DNA of 64,000 bases from Thermoproteota archaeon (GCA_026986575.1 JALSOH010000006.1:416001-480000), one strand, 5' to 3'. Shown: positions 18,478 through 28,292, counted from the first letter of the stretch. Translations and numbers: made by a program. Notes: generated by a model not told the origin, from the sequence alone.

Positions 18478-19770
18478 ATGGCCATCCCAGAGACACTCGC
18501 CTCGGTCCTCAATGAGAAATTCAACTCCCTTAGCTTGGTTGAGAGGAGGAAGAGGGATCTCCTAGACCTAGCTGAGGGAATGCTGAAAGAGATAGCCACA
18601 TCGTTGGGAAGTGATGGGAGAAGGATAAAATACGTGAAGAAGGGGATCCTTCTCGATGACAGATACCTGATCTTCCTCGCGGAGAAGATGGACTCCATCC
18701 TGATAGAGAAGCTGAGCGCGAGGTACAGTCCCGAGGAGATGTTTCTCATCTGCTGGTATTCAACGGAATCGGCTGTTAGCCTCGCTAGGGAACGAAGGGC
18801 CAGTCTACTCATTCTATCCAGATCCCAAGTTCTGAGCACGGATACTGAGTTCTCCAAGGCCATACTGAAGCTCTGGGAGGAGAAAGGATTCTATTTAGAA
18901 TATTTCAGGAGTCTAAGCTCTGAGGAAAACATTTTCGATCAAGAGACCTTTTTCCTTGCGGAACTCATCGCTCTCAGGGAGTTCTACAGAGAAGAGGTGT
19001 CGAAAAATCTAGATTCCAAGGTCATTGAACTACTTGACGACTTGGAGGAAATGGTGTTGAAAGAGGAAGATGAAACCGAAATTAATAGACTCCTCATCGC
19101 CATACTAGAGGCCTATCCAGCGAAGATAGATGAGAGGAACTCGGCCAAGCCTGGCAAACCGGATGTAATAGCATACTCACCACTTTGGACCTTATTTGAA
19201 CTAAAGAACGAGGAAGCAAATAGGTCTCACGTAGATCAGGCCAGAAAATATGCCAGTGAGTATAGAGGAACCTCTAGATCTCCCTTAGGCGTACCTTGGA
19301 GGACCGTCTTGATAGCGACCGAGGTTTCCCCTGATGTCCACTCCTATGCGCTCAAGAAAGGCATTAGGACTATGACTTGGGGGGTTCTGATAGGCTTTTT
19401 GAGGGATGTATACTCGAAAGGAGTGCCGCTGGAGCTTCTGAGGGACTCACTTGATAGCACCGATCCACAAAACACCTTGGTTTCCCGGGTGGACGATTAC
19501 CTTGAGGCATTGAGGGCCCGAGCTGAATTGCTTAAGGAGATCCTCTCTGTGAACGGAATTGACAGGAGAGAATTGGATAGGATAGTGGCATCGAAAGACT
19601 ATCCGTGGATCGGAGAGCTGGAGGAGATGATTCACGAGCTATCTGGTCCTTTAATCGGTTTCTTAGTCGTAGAAGAGGACCTAATCTCCTACAGAGGGCC
19701 CCATTCCATTAGCAGGGCCCTCAGGGCTCTCGGCTATTTAGGGGGTATGGTAAATGATGGACTCTGGTAG
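18478..19770 (+). CDS. PD-(D/E)XK restriction-endonuclease-like protein (Mrr/NucS-like) with C-terminal wHTH
   Basis: GKPDVIA...FELK...VDQARKY...TVLIA; a degenerate copy of the same fold is suggested at the N-terminus (MFLICWYSTESAVSLARE). Start taken at ATG 18478. Confidence 0.75.
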   Translation: MAIPETLASVLNEKFNSLSLVERRKRDLLDLAEGMLKEIATSLGSDGRRIKYVKKGILLDDRYLIFLAEKMDSILIEKLSARYSPEEMFLICWYSTESAVSLARERRASLLILSRSQVLSTDTEFSKAILKLWEEKGFYLEYFRSLSSEENIFDQETFFLAELIALREFYREEVSKNLDSKVIELLDDLEEMVLKEEDETEINRLLIAILEAYPAKIDERNSAKPGKPDVIAYSPLWTLFELKNEEANRSHVDQARKYASEYRGTSRSPLGVPWRTVLIATEVSPDVHSYALKKGIRTMTWGVLIGFLRDVYSKGVPLELLRDSLDSTDPQNTLVSRVDDYLEALRARAELLKEILSVNGIDRRELDRIVASKDYPWIGELEEMIHELSGPLIGFLVVEEDLISYRGPHSISRALRALGYLGGMVNDGLW

Positions 19771-20464
19771 TGTGTACATCCCCTCCTACACGTACCCCGG
19801 CCTAGATGTGATCTACCGTGTGAGGGAAGAGGCCAAGGGTATAACAGCTAGACGAATCTCTAAAAGGCTCAATGTGAAGGAATGGAAGGTGAAATCAGCT
19901 CTGGGTATTCTCAGGGTTATGGGACTGATTAGGTCAGAAAGGAAGGGTGGAAGGACGGTCTACACATCTCAGGGAAACGGGTTGACGGAGGCCTACGCTG
20001 GAACCTTCTTCAGGGCTCTTCTGAGGCTTGAGGAAGCTAAGACCTTGGATCTGATAATAAAGGATCTCTGGCCCCGTGATAAGAGAGCGACAGCCCGCAA
20101 GAGGGCCACTTACCTGTTAGCGATGGGGAGGGATCTGGACCTTATAGAACGAAAAGATGGGACCTACACCCTCTCTCCAGTTGGCTTGAGATTGTCTGTT
20201 GCAAGGGCTCTGGAGGAGATCTACGCCATGGAATTGGGTGGGAAGCTTGGAGACTTTGTGAGTCTAACAAAGATCCTGAGCAGACTATCTGAATGGGGGA
20301 TGAAAAGGAAGACAGCCAAGAGGGCCATAATCTCGGCTCTTGAGGAGCTGGAAGCGGACCTCACACCATCCCCGAATCTCTCCTCCAAAGTGAGGAGGGA
20401 CGGTATAATGACGGAAAGGGGATACCTCTACTACCTCACCCTCTGGAACTGGAGGTGGAGGTGA
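19754..20464 (+). CDS. Tandem winged-helix DNA-binding protein
   Basis: ITARRISKRLNVKEWKVKSALGILRVMGLI...Y and ATYLLAMGRDLDLIERKDGTYTLSPVG; overlaps the upstream gene. Confidence 0.7.
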   Translation: MMDSGSVYIPSYTYPGLDVIYRVREEAKGITARRISKRLNVKEWKVKSALGILRVMGLIRSERKGGRTVYTSQGNGLTEAYAGTFFRALLRLEEAKTLDLIIKDLWPRDKRATARKRATYLLAMGRDLDLIERKDGTYTLSPVGLRLSVARALEEIYAMELGGKLGDFVSLTKILSRLSEWGMKRKTAKRAIISALEELEADLTPSPNLSSKVRRDGIMTERGYLYYLTLWNWRWR

Positions 20465-20465
20465 A

Positions 20466-21836
20466 ATGGCCGACTACAGGAAGTACGGCCTCATCAGGAA
20501 CCCCTTCCCTCTGCACGGTTCCTTTCCCTTGGACGACAAATACGAGGAGAGATACGCCAAGCTTCTGATAGGAAGAGATAATCTGAAGGAGTTGCTAAGG
20601 AAGAAACTGGAGAACCTTAGAGCCGGTGAGTCCTCTGCTGTTTTACTTTTACTCGGAGATTATGGCACCGGGAAGACTCACTGCCTGAAGTTCATGCAGC
20701 ATTGGGCTATAAGAAAGTATAGGAACATAATTCCCCTGTACTTCAAGGGTCTCCCCGGGCCGAAAATGAGAGACCTTCTCAGAACCTTCTTAGACTCTTT
20801 GGAAGGGATCTTGGGAAGAGACTACCTGATGAAACTTGCATCAGAATCCCTTAACGTCGAGAGGAGCGGTCTAGTGGATACCAAGAACTTCCTGTTGGCC
20901 CTGGCCTCCAAGAACAGGAGCAAGGTCATCCCGGCCCTCAGGTGGGCCAAGGGTTACGGGCTATCCGATCAGATGAGGGAGAAACTTGGTCTCGTATCGG
21001 ACCTTGATGAATCAGTCGCTAGGGACGTTCTCTCGACCCTCCTAGAGATTATATGGGAGGTGAGGGGTACCAAGACACTGCTTCTAATAGATGAAGTTGA
21101 GGAATTGCTCAAATATGACCAGGAGGATCTTTACGACTTCTATTCCGGTCTCAGAAACCTCATAGACACGGTCTCCACGGGAATGATGATGGTCCTAGCT
21201 TCTACACCCTCCCTACTAAGGGACGAGGAGAAGGGCATCGCAGCTCTAAACCCAGCTTTGAATAGCAGGATCTCGGACGAAAACACCATTATCCTCTCGC
21301 CCCTTGACTCCATAGGAATAAGGGCCATGATAATCTCTTATCTCAGGGAGTTCAGGATACCCAGCGTTAAGAAGCTTATGAGCACATACCCCTTCACTGA
21401 GGAGGCCATCAACCTGATCGCTGATCTGAGCAGGGGAATACCAAGAAACGCCCTGATGCTCGCGAGCATAGCTCTGAGGGAGGCCCTATCCAAGGGAAAG
21501 AAGCAGATAGATGACGCATTCATCAGAACGATCCTAGAGCTAAGGAAGGATGAGTTAGCAGACTTCTTATTGGAATTTAAAGGTGAGGGAGAGGAAAGAA
21601 GAGATTTCAAGGAGAAACCAGTTGGACCAGCTCCTGTGGACGAGAGGACGGCTCTGAAGGTGAAGGTGATCAAAATATTGGAGGAACTCGGCGGAGTGTC
21701 CCCGAGATCTAGGATCCAGCAGAGAGTCAAGGAGATCTCCAGAAAGAAGTTCTACAGGTTGCTCGAGGAGATGAGAGATGAGGGAATGATTGATCTGATC
21801 AAGGTAAGGGGAGGGTACAGGGTGGTCCTCAAATGA
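20466..21836 (+). CDS. AAA+ ATPase (BrxD/DUF2791- or Cdc6/ExeA-like) with C-terminal wHTH
   Basis: YGLIRNPF; Walker A GDYGTGKT; Walker B LLIDEVE; GLRNLID; YPF; GIPR; C-terminal HTH. Stop overlaps the cas1 start (ATGA). Confidence 0.85.
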   Translation: MADYRKYGLIRNPFPLHGSFPLDDKYEERYAKLLIGRDNLKELLRKKLENLRAGESSAVLLLLGDYGTGKTHCLKFMQHWAIRKYRNIIPLYFKGLPGPKMRDLLRTFLDSLEGILGRDYLMKLASESLNVERSGLVDTKNFLLALASKNRSKVIPALRWAKGYGLSDQMREKLGLVSDLDESVARDVLSTLLEIIWEVRGTKTLLLIDEVEELLKYDQEDLYDFYSGLRNLIDTVSTGMMMVLASTPSLLRDEEKGIAALNPALNSRISDENTIILSPLDSIGIRAMIISYLREFRIPSVKKLMSTYPFTEEAINLIADLSRGIPRNALMLASIALREALSKGKKQIDDAFIRTILELRKDELADFLLEFKGEGEERRDFKEKPVGPAPVDERTALKVKVIKILEELGGVSPRSRIQQRVKEISRKKFYRLLEEMRDEGMIDLIKVRGGYRVVLK

Positions 21837-22849
21837 AGAAAGTGCTCGTGGTGGATCTACCTGGTGTGGGGCTCAGGCTCACTGAGGAGAGGCTGGTCAT
21901 GGCGAGCAGGGGCAGGAGAGAGGAGGTACCCATCAGCGACCTAGAGGAGGTCCGTATCTCCCCAAGGGTATCCCTATCATCCGATGTCCTGATTTCCCTG
22001 ATGGAGAAGGGTGTACTGGTTACTCTGGTGGACGAGAAAGGAGATCCAAGGGGAATAGTGGTAGTTCCCACCTTCGGAGGTACGGTCAGGACTAGAAGGG
22101 AGCAGCTCCTTAGTTACTATGATAAGAGAGGACTCAAGCTAGCCAAGAGCTTCGTGGAGGCCGCGACCCTCTTCAGGACGTGGGTCCTTAGGAAGCTCTC
22201 TATTAGCAGGCCCGAGAAATCGGAGAAGCTGTTATCATTGAAGGAAGATGTAGAATCAGTCGTACCTAGCATTAGAGCTCTCGATGGTTCTAACGTGGAC
22301 GAGGTTCGAGGCGAGCTTATGGCCTTGGAGGGCACGGCCTCATCCAAGTACTTCGAGGCCCTCTCCTTGGTCATCTCGGGGGAATTCTTCTCCGGTACGA
22401 GGACTAGGAGACCTCCTAGAGACCCGCTCAATGCCGCCATAAGCTATGGAAACTCCCTTATATATACAGAAACTTTGAAGTGCATCATATTCTCCGGACT
22501 GGATCCCTTCGCAGGTTTCCTACATGTGGATAGGCCGGGGAGATTCTCCCTAGCCCTAGACCTGGCCGAGGAGTTCATAGTTTATGCCTCCCATTGGCCA
22601 GTCATAACACTCTTCTCCAAGAGAATGATTGGGCGTGAGGACTTCAGGGGTTCGCCAGAGACGGGTGTCTACCTAAACTACGAGGGAAGGGAGAAAGTCT
22701 TCAGGGCTGTCTCATCCACCCTGACGAGGCACGTGAGTTACAGGGGTAAGAAGTGGAGATTGAGGGATCTCATGCTCTTGAGGGCTAGGAACGTCGTCAC
22801 CTTCGTGAGGGGAGAGTCTGATTACGAGGTCTTGGTGCCTTGGGAATGA
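21833..22849 (+). CDS. cas1: CRISPR-associated integrase Cas1
   Basis: LMALEG, RRPPRDPLNAAISYG, GLDPFAGFLH, SLALDLAEEF. Confidence 0.97.
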   Translation: MKKVLVVDLPGVGLRLTEERLVMASRGRREEVPISDLEEVRISPRVSLSSDVLISLMEKGVLVTLVDEKGDPRGIVVVPTFGGTVRTRREQLLSYYDKRGLKLAKSFVEAATLFRTWVLRKLSISRPEKSEKLLSLKEDVESVVPSIRALDGSNVDEVRGELMALEGTASSKYFEALSLVISGEFFSGTRTRRPPRDPLNAAISYGNSLIYTETLKCIIFSGLDPFAGFLHVDRPGRFSLALDLAEEFIVYASHWPVITLFSKRMIGREDFRGSPETGVYLNYEGREKVFRAVSSTLTRHVSYRGKKWRLRDLMLLRARNVVTFVRGESDYEVLVPWE

Positions 22850-23142
22850 TGACACTCGTGATCTACGACATCAGCGACGATGATATCAGGAAATCCGTGG
22901 AGAAGGTATGCAAGAACTATGGACTCAGACACATACAGAGGAGCGCCTTCATCGGCCTCCTATCCAGAGGAGACAGATACAGTCTCTACAAGGAGCTGAA
23001 AAGGCTGCTCTGGGAGGAAAAAGGATCTATACGAATATATGTGATGAATCGGAGGCTCTACAACATGAGGATGTCTGTGGGCGTCTTGGAGGGCTTCGAT
23101 GATGACCCAGAATACGATGAAGAGGTTTATATCAGGCCCTGA
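22846..23142 (+). CDS. cas2: CRISPR-associated Cas2
   Basis: LVIYDISDD, YGLRHIQRSAF; ATGA overlap with cas1. Confidence 0.95.
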   Translation: MMTLVIYDISDDDIRKSVEKVCKNYGLRHIQRSAFIGLLSRGDRYSLYKELKRLLWEEKGSIRIYVMNRRLYNMRMSVGVLEGFDDDPEYDEEVYIRP

Positions 23143-23677
23143 GGTCAGGGCATCCGACCTGAGGCAGTGGTACTATTGCCCACGCTTAATATACTGGAGA
23201 TACACTTTCAGGGCACCTTGGAGGCCAGGTAGAATCACGAAACTTGATGAGAAGCACGATCCCAGCTGGGTGGGGAGGTTGAAGGCCTTCAGTGGCTGTG
23301 AGGTGGAGAGGAACGTGTGCCTTAGATCAAAAACCCTCAACCTAGTGGGATGCATGGATGCCCTCCTGATGTGCGGCGATGAACTCATCCCTTTGGAGAT
23401 GAAGAGAGGAACCATCAGAGATGGGCACGACGTTCAGCTGTGTGCATACGCTATGCTGATAGAGGAGAACTTCGAAGTGAAAGTGACGAGAGGATACCTA
23501 TACTATCCCGGTGAAAAACTGGAGGAAGTTCCTATGGACAACGCGCTGAGAAAGAAGGTCTTGAGGACTTTAGATCTCATCAGGAGAATCCTAGAGGAAG
23601 GCATGATGCCGGAGCCAACGAAGGATAAGTGGAAGTGCAGAGTGTGTGATCACTACACTTATTGTGGCGGTGTCTGA
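23117..23677 (+). CDS. cas4: CRISPR-associated Cas4
   Basis: QWYYCPR, G..D...EMK, QLCAYAML, C-terminal CRVC...C Fe-S cysteines. Confidence 0.95.
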   Translation: MKRFISGPEVRASDLRQWYYCPRLIYWRYTFRAPWRPGRITKLDEKHDPSWVGRLKAFSGCEVERNVCLRSKTLNLVGCMDALLMCGDELIPLEMKRGTIRDGHDVQLCAYAMLIEENFEVKVTRGYLYYPGEKLEEVPMDNALRKKVLRTLDLIRRILEEGMMPEPTKDKWKCRVCDHYTYCGGV

Positions 23678-25755
23678 TCCCCTTTCTTTTCGAGCCCTGA
23701 TTGCTTCGGAGGAGATCGCTAAGTTACTTGAGCAAGCTACGGAGACTTTCAATCTTCGCTCCTTAGGAGCCCTGATTGCTTCTTCAGGCACTCTGTTTTC
23801 TTGTGAAGAGCGATAGAAAAGCTTTCAATCTTCGCTCCTTAGGAGCCCTGATTGCTTCCTCTGTTGTGGCACTAGCATGTGTACATACCCATTCACCTCA
23901 ACTTTCAATCTTCGCTCCTTAGGAGCCCTGATTGCTTCTAGCTTTCTCAAGCTGCTGCCTCAACTGAGATTCCATCTCCAAGATAAGCTTTCAATCTTCG
24001 CTCCTTAGGAGCCCTGATTGCTTCCTGTTGCCGCCCGCCTTCCCTCCCATTTATACACCAAATTCATGAAGCTTTCAATCTTCGCTCCTTAGGAGCCCTG
24101 ATTGCTTCGGGCCACTAGAGGGATGGTGACAGAGTTTCTACCGCCCTTAGCGACGGCTTTCAATCTTCGCTCCTTAGGAGCCCTGATTGCTTCGTTCCGA
24201 GTTTCTAGCTCTAGTTCGCTTCCTTATACGCTTTTCTTTCAATCTTCGCTCCTTAGGAGCCCTGATTGCTTCATCTCAAGAGAGGGGGCTCTAGAGACAG
24301 GAGGTACTTCAGAACTTTCAATCTTCGCTCCTTAGGAGCCCTGATTGCTTCAGGAGTATGCCCGTGCATATGATCAGATCGAGGATGTTGTCGAGTTCAA
24401 GTTGGGTTTGGTCTTTCAATCTTCGCTCCTTAGGAGCCCTGATTGCTTCTCTGCATTTGGAGGGTGACCCCCCCATCTCCCTTCTCTTTCAATCTTCGCT
24501 CCTTAGGAGCCCTGATTGCTTCGAGTTCTCTTAGCTGATTTGATCTTCACCCAAGGAGGTAAGCTTTCAATCTTCGCTCCTTAGGAGCCCTGATTGCTTC
24601 AAGAGGATAGAGCATTATTCTCTCTAGATCTCCCTCCATCTTCTCAGCTTTCAATCTTCGCTCCTTAGGAGCCCTGATTGCTTCGTGTAAGCAAAGATGA
24701 GAGTCTTAGATCTCTTTTTTGGCATGGGTCTTTCAATCTTCGCTCCTTAGGAGCCCTGATTGCTTCAGGGATTACTTTGGGTATCCCTACTTTGATGTGT
24801 CTTTCTTTGGAACCTTTCAATCTTCGCTCCTTAGGAGCCCTGATTGCTTCGGTAAGCTCGACCCAGTCCTCGTCCATGCGATCGAGGTGCAGCTTCTCTT
24901 TCAATCTTCGCTCCTTAGGAGCCCTGATTGCTTCTACAAGCAGAAGAGGTGGCTGACTAAGAAAGAGCTGGCCGAAAGCTTTCAATCTTCGCTCCTTAGG
25001 AGCCCTGATTGCTTCATCTTGACTGGAGGGTGCTCGGCTATCAACCAGATGTCGTGTACTCTTCTTTCAATCTTCGCTCCTTAGGAGCCCTGATTGCTTC
25101 TATAAATCAGCCTTCTTTCGGTGAGGGAGAGATAAAAAGGATTTTCCTTTCAATCTTCGCTCCTTAGGAGCCCTGATTGCTTCGGCCGAAATACAGGATA
25201 AAATAGCGAAAAAGCTCCAGCTAGCGACCTTTCAATCTTCGCTCCTTAGGAGCCCTGATTGCTTCTGCCAGCCTACACATCAGTAGACAGGGAAAGGGGA
25301 TGGGTGTACTCCGACTTTCAATCTTCGCTCCTTAGGAGCCCTGATTGCTTCAAGGCATTCCTCATTGAGATAAAGAGGACTAGGGGAAGCTTTCAATCTT
25401 CGCTCCTTAGGAGCCCTGATTGCTTCAATCGTGAATCTGACCCCGCACAACATATCCGTCTTCGTCGCTGGCTTTCAATCTTCGCTCCTTAGGAGCCCTG
25501 ATTGCTTCGCGAGGAAGGACAGGGGCTACCTCACTCAGTCTCAGAAGGAACTTTCAATCTTCGCTCCTTAGGAGCCCTGATTGCTTCGTACAGAAAAAGT
25601 GTCTCACCGAAGGAGATCATTGTTGTGTTAAGACTTTCAATCTTCGCTCCTTAGGAGCCCTGATTGCTTCGAAGGAGCTGGCTAAGGCCAAAGCTGGTAC
25701 GGTACCCACTCCTCCTGACTTTCAATCTTCGCTCCTTAGGAGCCCTGATTGCTTC
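23671..25755 (-). CRISPR. CRISPR array: 25 identical 37-bp repeats plus one degenerate terminal repeat, 25 spacers of 36-61 nt
   Basis: Plus-strand repeat CTTTCAATCTTCGCTCCTTAGGAGCCCTGATTGCTTC (first intact copy 23746-23782, last 25719-25755). Its reverse complement ends ATTGAAAG. The degenerate copy at 23671-23707 and the AT-rich flank on the right indicate minus-strand transcription. Confidence 0.98.
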
Positions 25756-26040
25756 CGATGCTGGGATATCCTCTTACTAAATAAAGACAACTATCCGCCT
25801 GTTTCACTAATATTATACAGTTATGAAATGTCCTCGTATCTTGCTTGTATATAAAGGGATTATGAGAAGATTAGGGACAAATGCATTTGCCAGTAATGAA
25901 ACAAATAAGGCCACCATAACGTAAAGACTCTATAAATAATCCGAATTAGATTTAATCAATTTTAGTTAATGCTTGGTCTTATTGTTAATTCATTAATTGT
26001 TGAATCCCGTGCAGGAAGATAAAGATTATCTCGCTTTACA
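25756..26040 (-). promoter_or_regulatory. CRISPR leader (AT-rich)
   Basis: AT-rich non-coding stretch next to the intact end of the array; contains GTTTCA-N17-TGAAAT (25801-25829) and an ATGAAACAAAT half-site. Confidence 0.75.
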
Positions 26041-26055
26041 CCTACTAACTAGTCT

Positions 26056-26796
26056 ATGCTCAAGTATGAGAATGTGACCAAAAGCTACGGGGCCGTACAT
26101 GCGCTCAGAGGAGTATCTGTCCATTTTCAACCAAGTAAAATACACGCTATCCTTGGTCCAAACGGTTCGGGCAAGTCTACATTAATGAAAATGGCTATTG
26201 GTCTCGTTAAACCGGATTTGGGGACAGTTAGGGTGTATGGGATAGATCCGGTGGAGGATCCTATATCGGCTAGGAAGATAGTGGGGTACGCTCCCGAGGA
26301 GATAGTGATATACGAGAGCCTCACGCCAGCAGAGTACCTCAGCTTCCTCGGCTACATTTACGGCATCCCGAAGGATGGGCTGGAGATCCGATTGAAGACT
26401 CTGATCAAGATCTTCAAGATGGAGGAGCACATGGGGAAGCTGGGAGGGGAACTCAGCCACGGCAACAGGAGGAAGCTCCTCATCATGTCCGCCCTGATAC
26501 ACGATCCGAAGGTACTCATACTGGACGAGCCCTTCTCTGGACTCGATCCCGAGATAGCGAGAGTTCTGAAGGAGCTAATGAGGAAGTACGCGGAGGAAGG
26601 GAGGATCGTCATCTTCTCCACTCACATACTGGAACTGGCTGAGGCGGTGGCTGACGAGGTCACCATAATGCACTTGGGCGAGGTTGTGGCGAAGGGACCA
26701 ATGGAGGAACTCAGGGGAAAGAAGGACCTCGAAACCTACTTCCTCGAGGTCACGGGCCTAACCTCAGAGCTGGAGGAGTTGTTGAAGGCCCTCTAG
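26056..26796 (+). CDS. ABC transporter ATP-binding protein
   Basis: GPNGSGKS, LSHG, ILDEP, STH. Confidence 0.95.
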   Translation: MLKYENVTKSYGAVHALRGVSVHFQPSKIHAILGPNGSGKSTLMKMAIGLVKPDLGTVRVYGIDPVEDPISARKIVGYAPEEIVIYESLTPAEYLSFLGYIYGIPKDGLEIRLKTLIKIFKMEEHMGKLGGELSHGNRRKLLIMSALIHDPKVLILDEPFSGLDPEIARVLKELMRKYAEEGRIVIFSTHILELAEAVADEVTIMHLGEVVAKGPMEELRGKKDLETYFLEVTGLTSELEELLKAL

Positions 26797-26804
26797 GTGA
26801 TCTC

Positions 26805-28292
26805 ATGTCTTGGCGGAGGATAGCTGAGGTCGTTGCTAGGGAAGCAGCCTACAGGTCGAGGAGGGAGGCTGAAAGGAGCCTCCGCTTCTTCAGGATGAGC
26901 GGAGGGAGCATGCTCAAGTACAACGCGTTCCTCCTCGCTGTGTTTACCTTCATGTCCTCCATGATCGGCCTGAGCGCCTTCAGCGGGCCCGAGGTGGCAT
27001 ATCTAACCCTGATAATGCTGTTCCTGATGGAGATCCTTATGGGAGTGCTATTCATGGCCCTCAACCTCCAAGTACTCGTCTCGGACAGGCTCCTCGATCC
27101 GATATTCCACCTCCCGGTGAGCGAGCCTGAGATAAGGAGGGCGCTCCTCTGGGTGGGCATCTACTGGGGAGGCGCCGCCTTACCCTTCGTCCTGATTCCC
27201 GGGGCTGCCGTGGAGTCCTACCTCTTAAGAGATCCCCTCATCCTGGTGGGGGCGATAATGGGCTCACTCATCGCCTTGGTCCTGTCAATGGCCCTCGGCT
27301 ACTTGGCAGGTTCTCTAGCCACTAGGTACACGAGGAGTCTTAAGGGAAGGGCCGTCTCCACGGTAGTTTGGCTCCTAGTCCTGAGCGTGGGATTCATCAT
27401 GGGCCCCCTTATGGACGCTGTCTCCCAGCTCTACGAGGGCGGAGCCGTTCAAGCTCTGTACATGGTACCCCCGATAAGCTTTGCAGTGATGTTCGAGAGC
27501 TCCGGGGCCCTGTTGTCCTCTCTTCTCCTAGTTCTAGTCTCATATATCCTATTCAGGACTGGTACATCCAGATTCTGGAGGGTGGTCACGAGAGGAGAAG
27601 TCCCCTTGCCCAAGAGACCGGCTAAATGGAGCCTGAGTTTCGGTTTCACTGCCGCCTTAATGAAGGAGGTGAAGATGGCCACTAGGACACCCAGGATCTT
27701 CGCATCCATCATAATGTATTCCTTTATCTTCCCACTCGTCTTTATATTCCCCTTCTTCAGCGAGGGACTGCCACAGGGGTTTTCGGGTTTCCTCGCCCCC
27801 CTGGTCCTCGCGGTAGGGGGTCTCGGTGGCTTCTCCATCCTTTACCTTTACGTGATGGAAGCCTCTGGAGCCAAAACCCTATACTCGCTCCCCCTCACGA
27901 GGGGCAGGGTAGCCTTGGTGAAGTTTTACACATTCCTGACGGTAAACATGCCCGTAGCGATTCTGATAGCGGCAGCGCTCGCTGTGCTAATGCCCAACGG
28001 TGCAATACCCGCCCTCATATATCTGGCAGCCCTCTCCGGATCAGCCCTACTAAATTCACTGACCTACGCTCTTCTCTTACCGAAGGAACCCTCCCACTGG
28101 TCCACCGAGACCTTCGGCAGAACTCTCGTGGCGGTACTCTTCCTGATAGAGGGGATGGCCTACTTCTCCGTGGGAATCGCCTCCCTCTTCCTGCCTAATG
28201 GGCTCCGGGCTACTACTTCCCTCATCACCTTAGCAGCGATCTGGATCGTGGATTCGATCCTCCTCACCGTGAGTGGAAGGAGGGCCTTGTAA
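26805..28292 (+). CDS. ABC-2-type permease
   Basis: Many TM helices in two halves; directly follows the ABC ATPase. Confidence 0.85.
   Translation: MSWRRIAEVVAREAAYRSRREAERSLRFFRMSGGSMLKYNAFLLAVFTFMSSMIGLSAFSGPEVAYLTLIMLFLMEILMGVLFMALNLQVLVSDRLLDPIFHLPVSEPEIRRALLWVGIYWGGAALPFVLIPGAAVESYLLRDPLILVGAIMGSLIALVLSMALGYLAGSLATRYTRSLKGRAVSTVVWLLVLSVGFIMGPLMDAVSQLYEGGAVQALYMVPPISFAVMFESSGALLSSLLLVLVSYILFRTGTSRFWRVVTRGEVPLPKRPAKWSLSFGFTAALMKEVKMATRTPRIFASIIMYSFIFPLVFIFPFFSEGLPQGFSGFLAPLVLAVGGLGGFSILYLYVMEASGAKTLYSLPLTRGRVALVKFYTFLTVNMPVAILIAAALAVLMPNGAIPALIYLAALSGSALLNSLTYALLLPKEPSHWSTETFGRTLVAVLFLIEGMAYFSVGIASLFLPNGLRATTSLITLAAIWIVDSILLTVSGRRAL

Noticed and set aside
18478-21836. Tn7-like CRISPR-associated transposon (TnsA-like nuclease plus TnsC-like ATPase)
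   Set aside because: No DDE transposase, TniQ or transposon ends are visible, and Cas3, the HD domain and cas1/2/4 are intact.
20466-21836. Complete BREX system
   Set aside because: The ATPase is only BrxD-like; there is no PglZ, PglX or BrxC in the window.
23591-25492. ORFs called within the CRISPR array
   Set aside because: They are translations of repeats and spacers, with recurring peptides such as FQSSLLRSPDCF.
23708-25718. Self-targeting spacers
   Set aside because: I saw no spacer match elsewhere in the window by eye. A BLASTn against the full genome is needed to exclude this.
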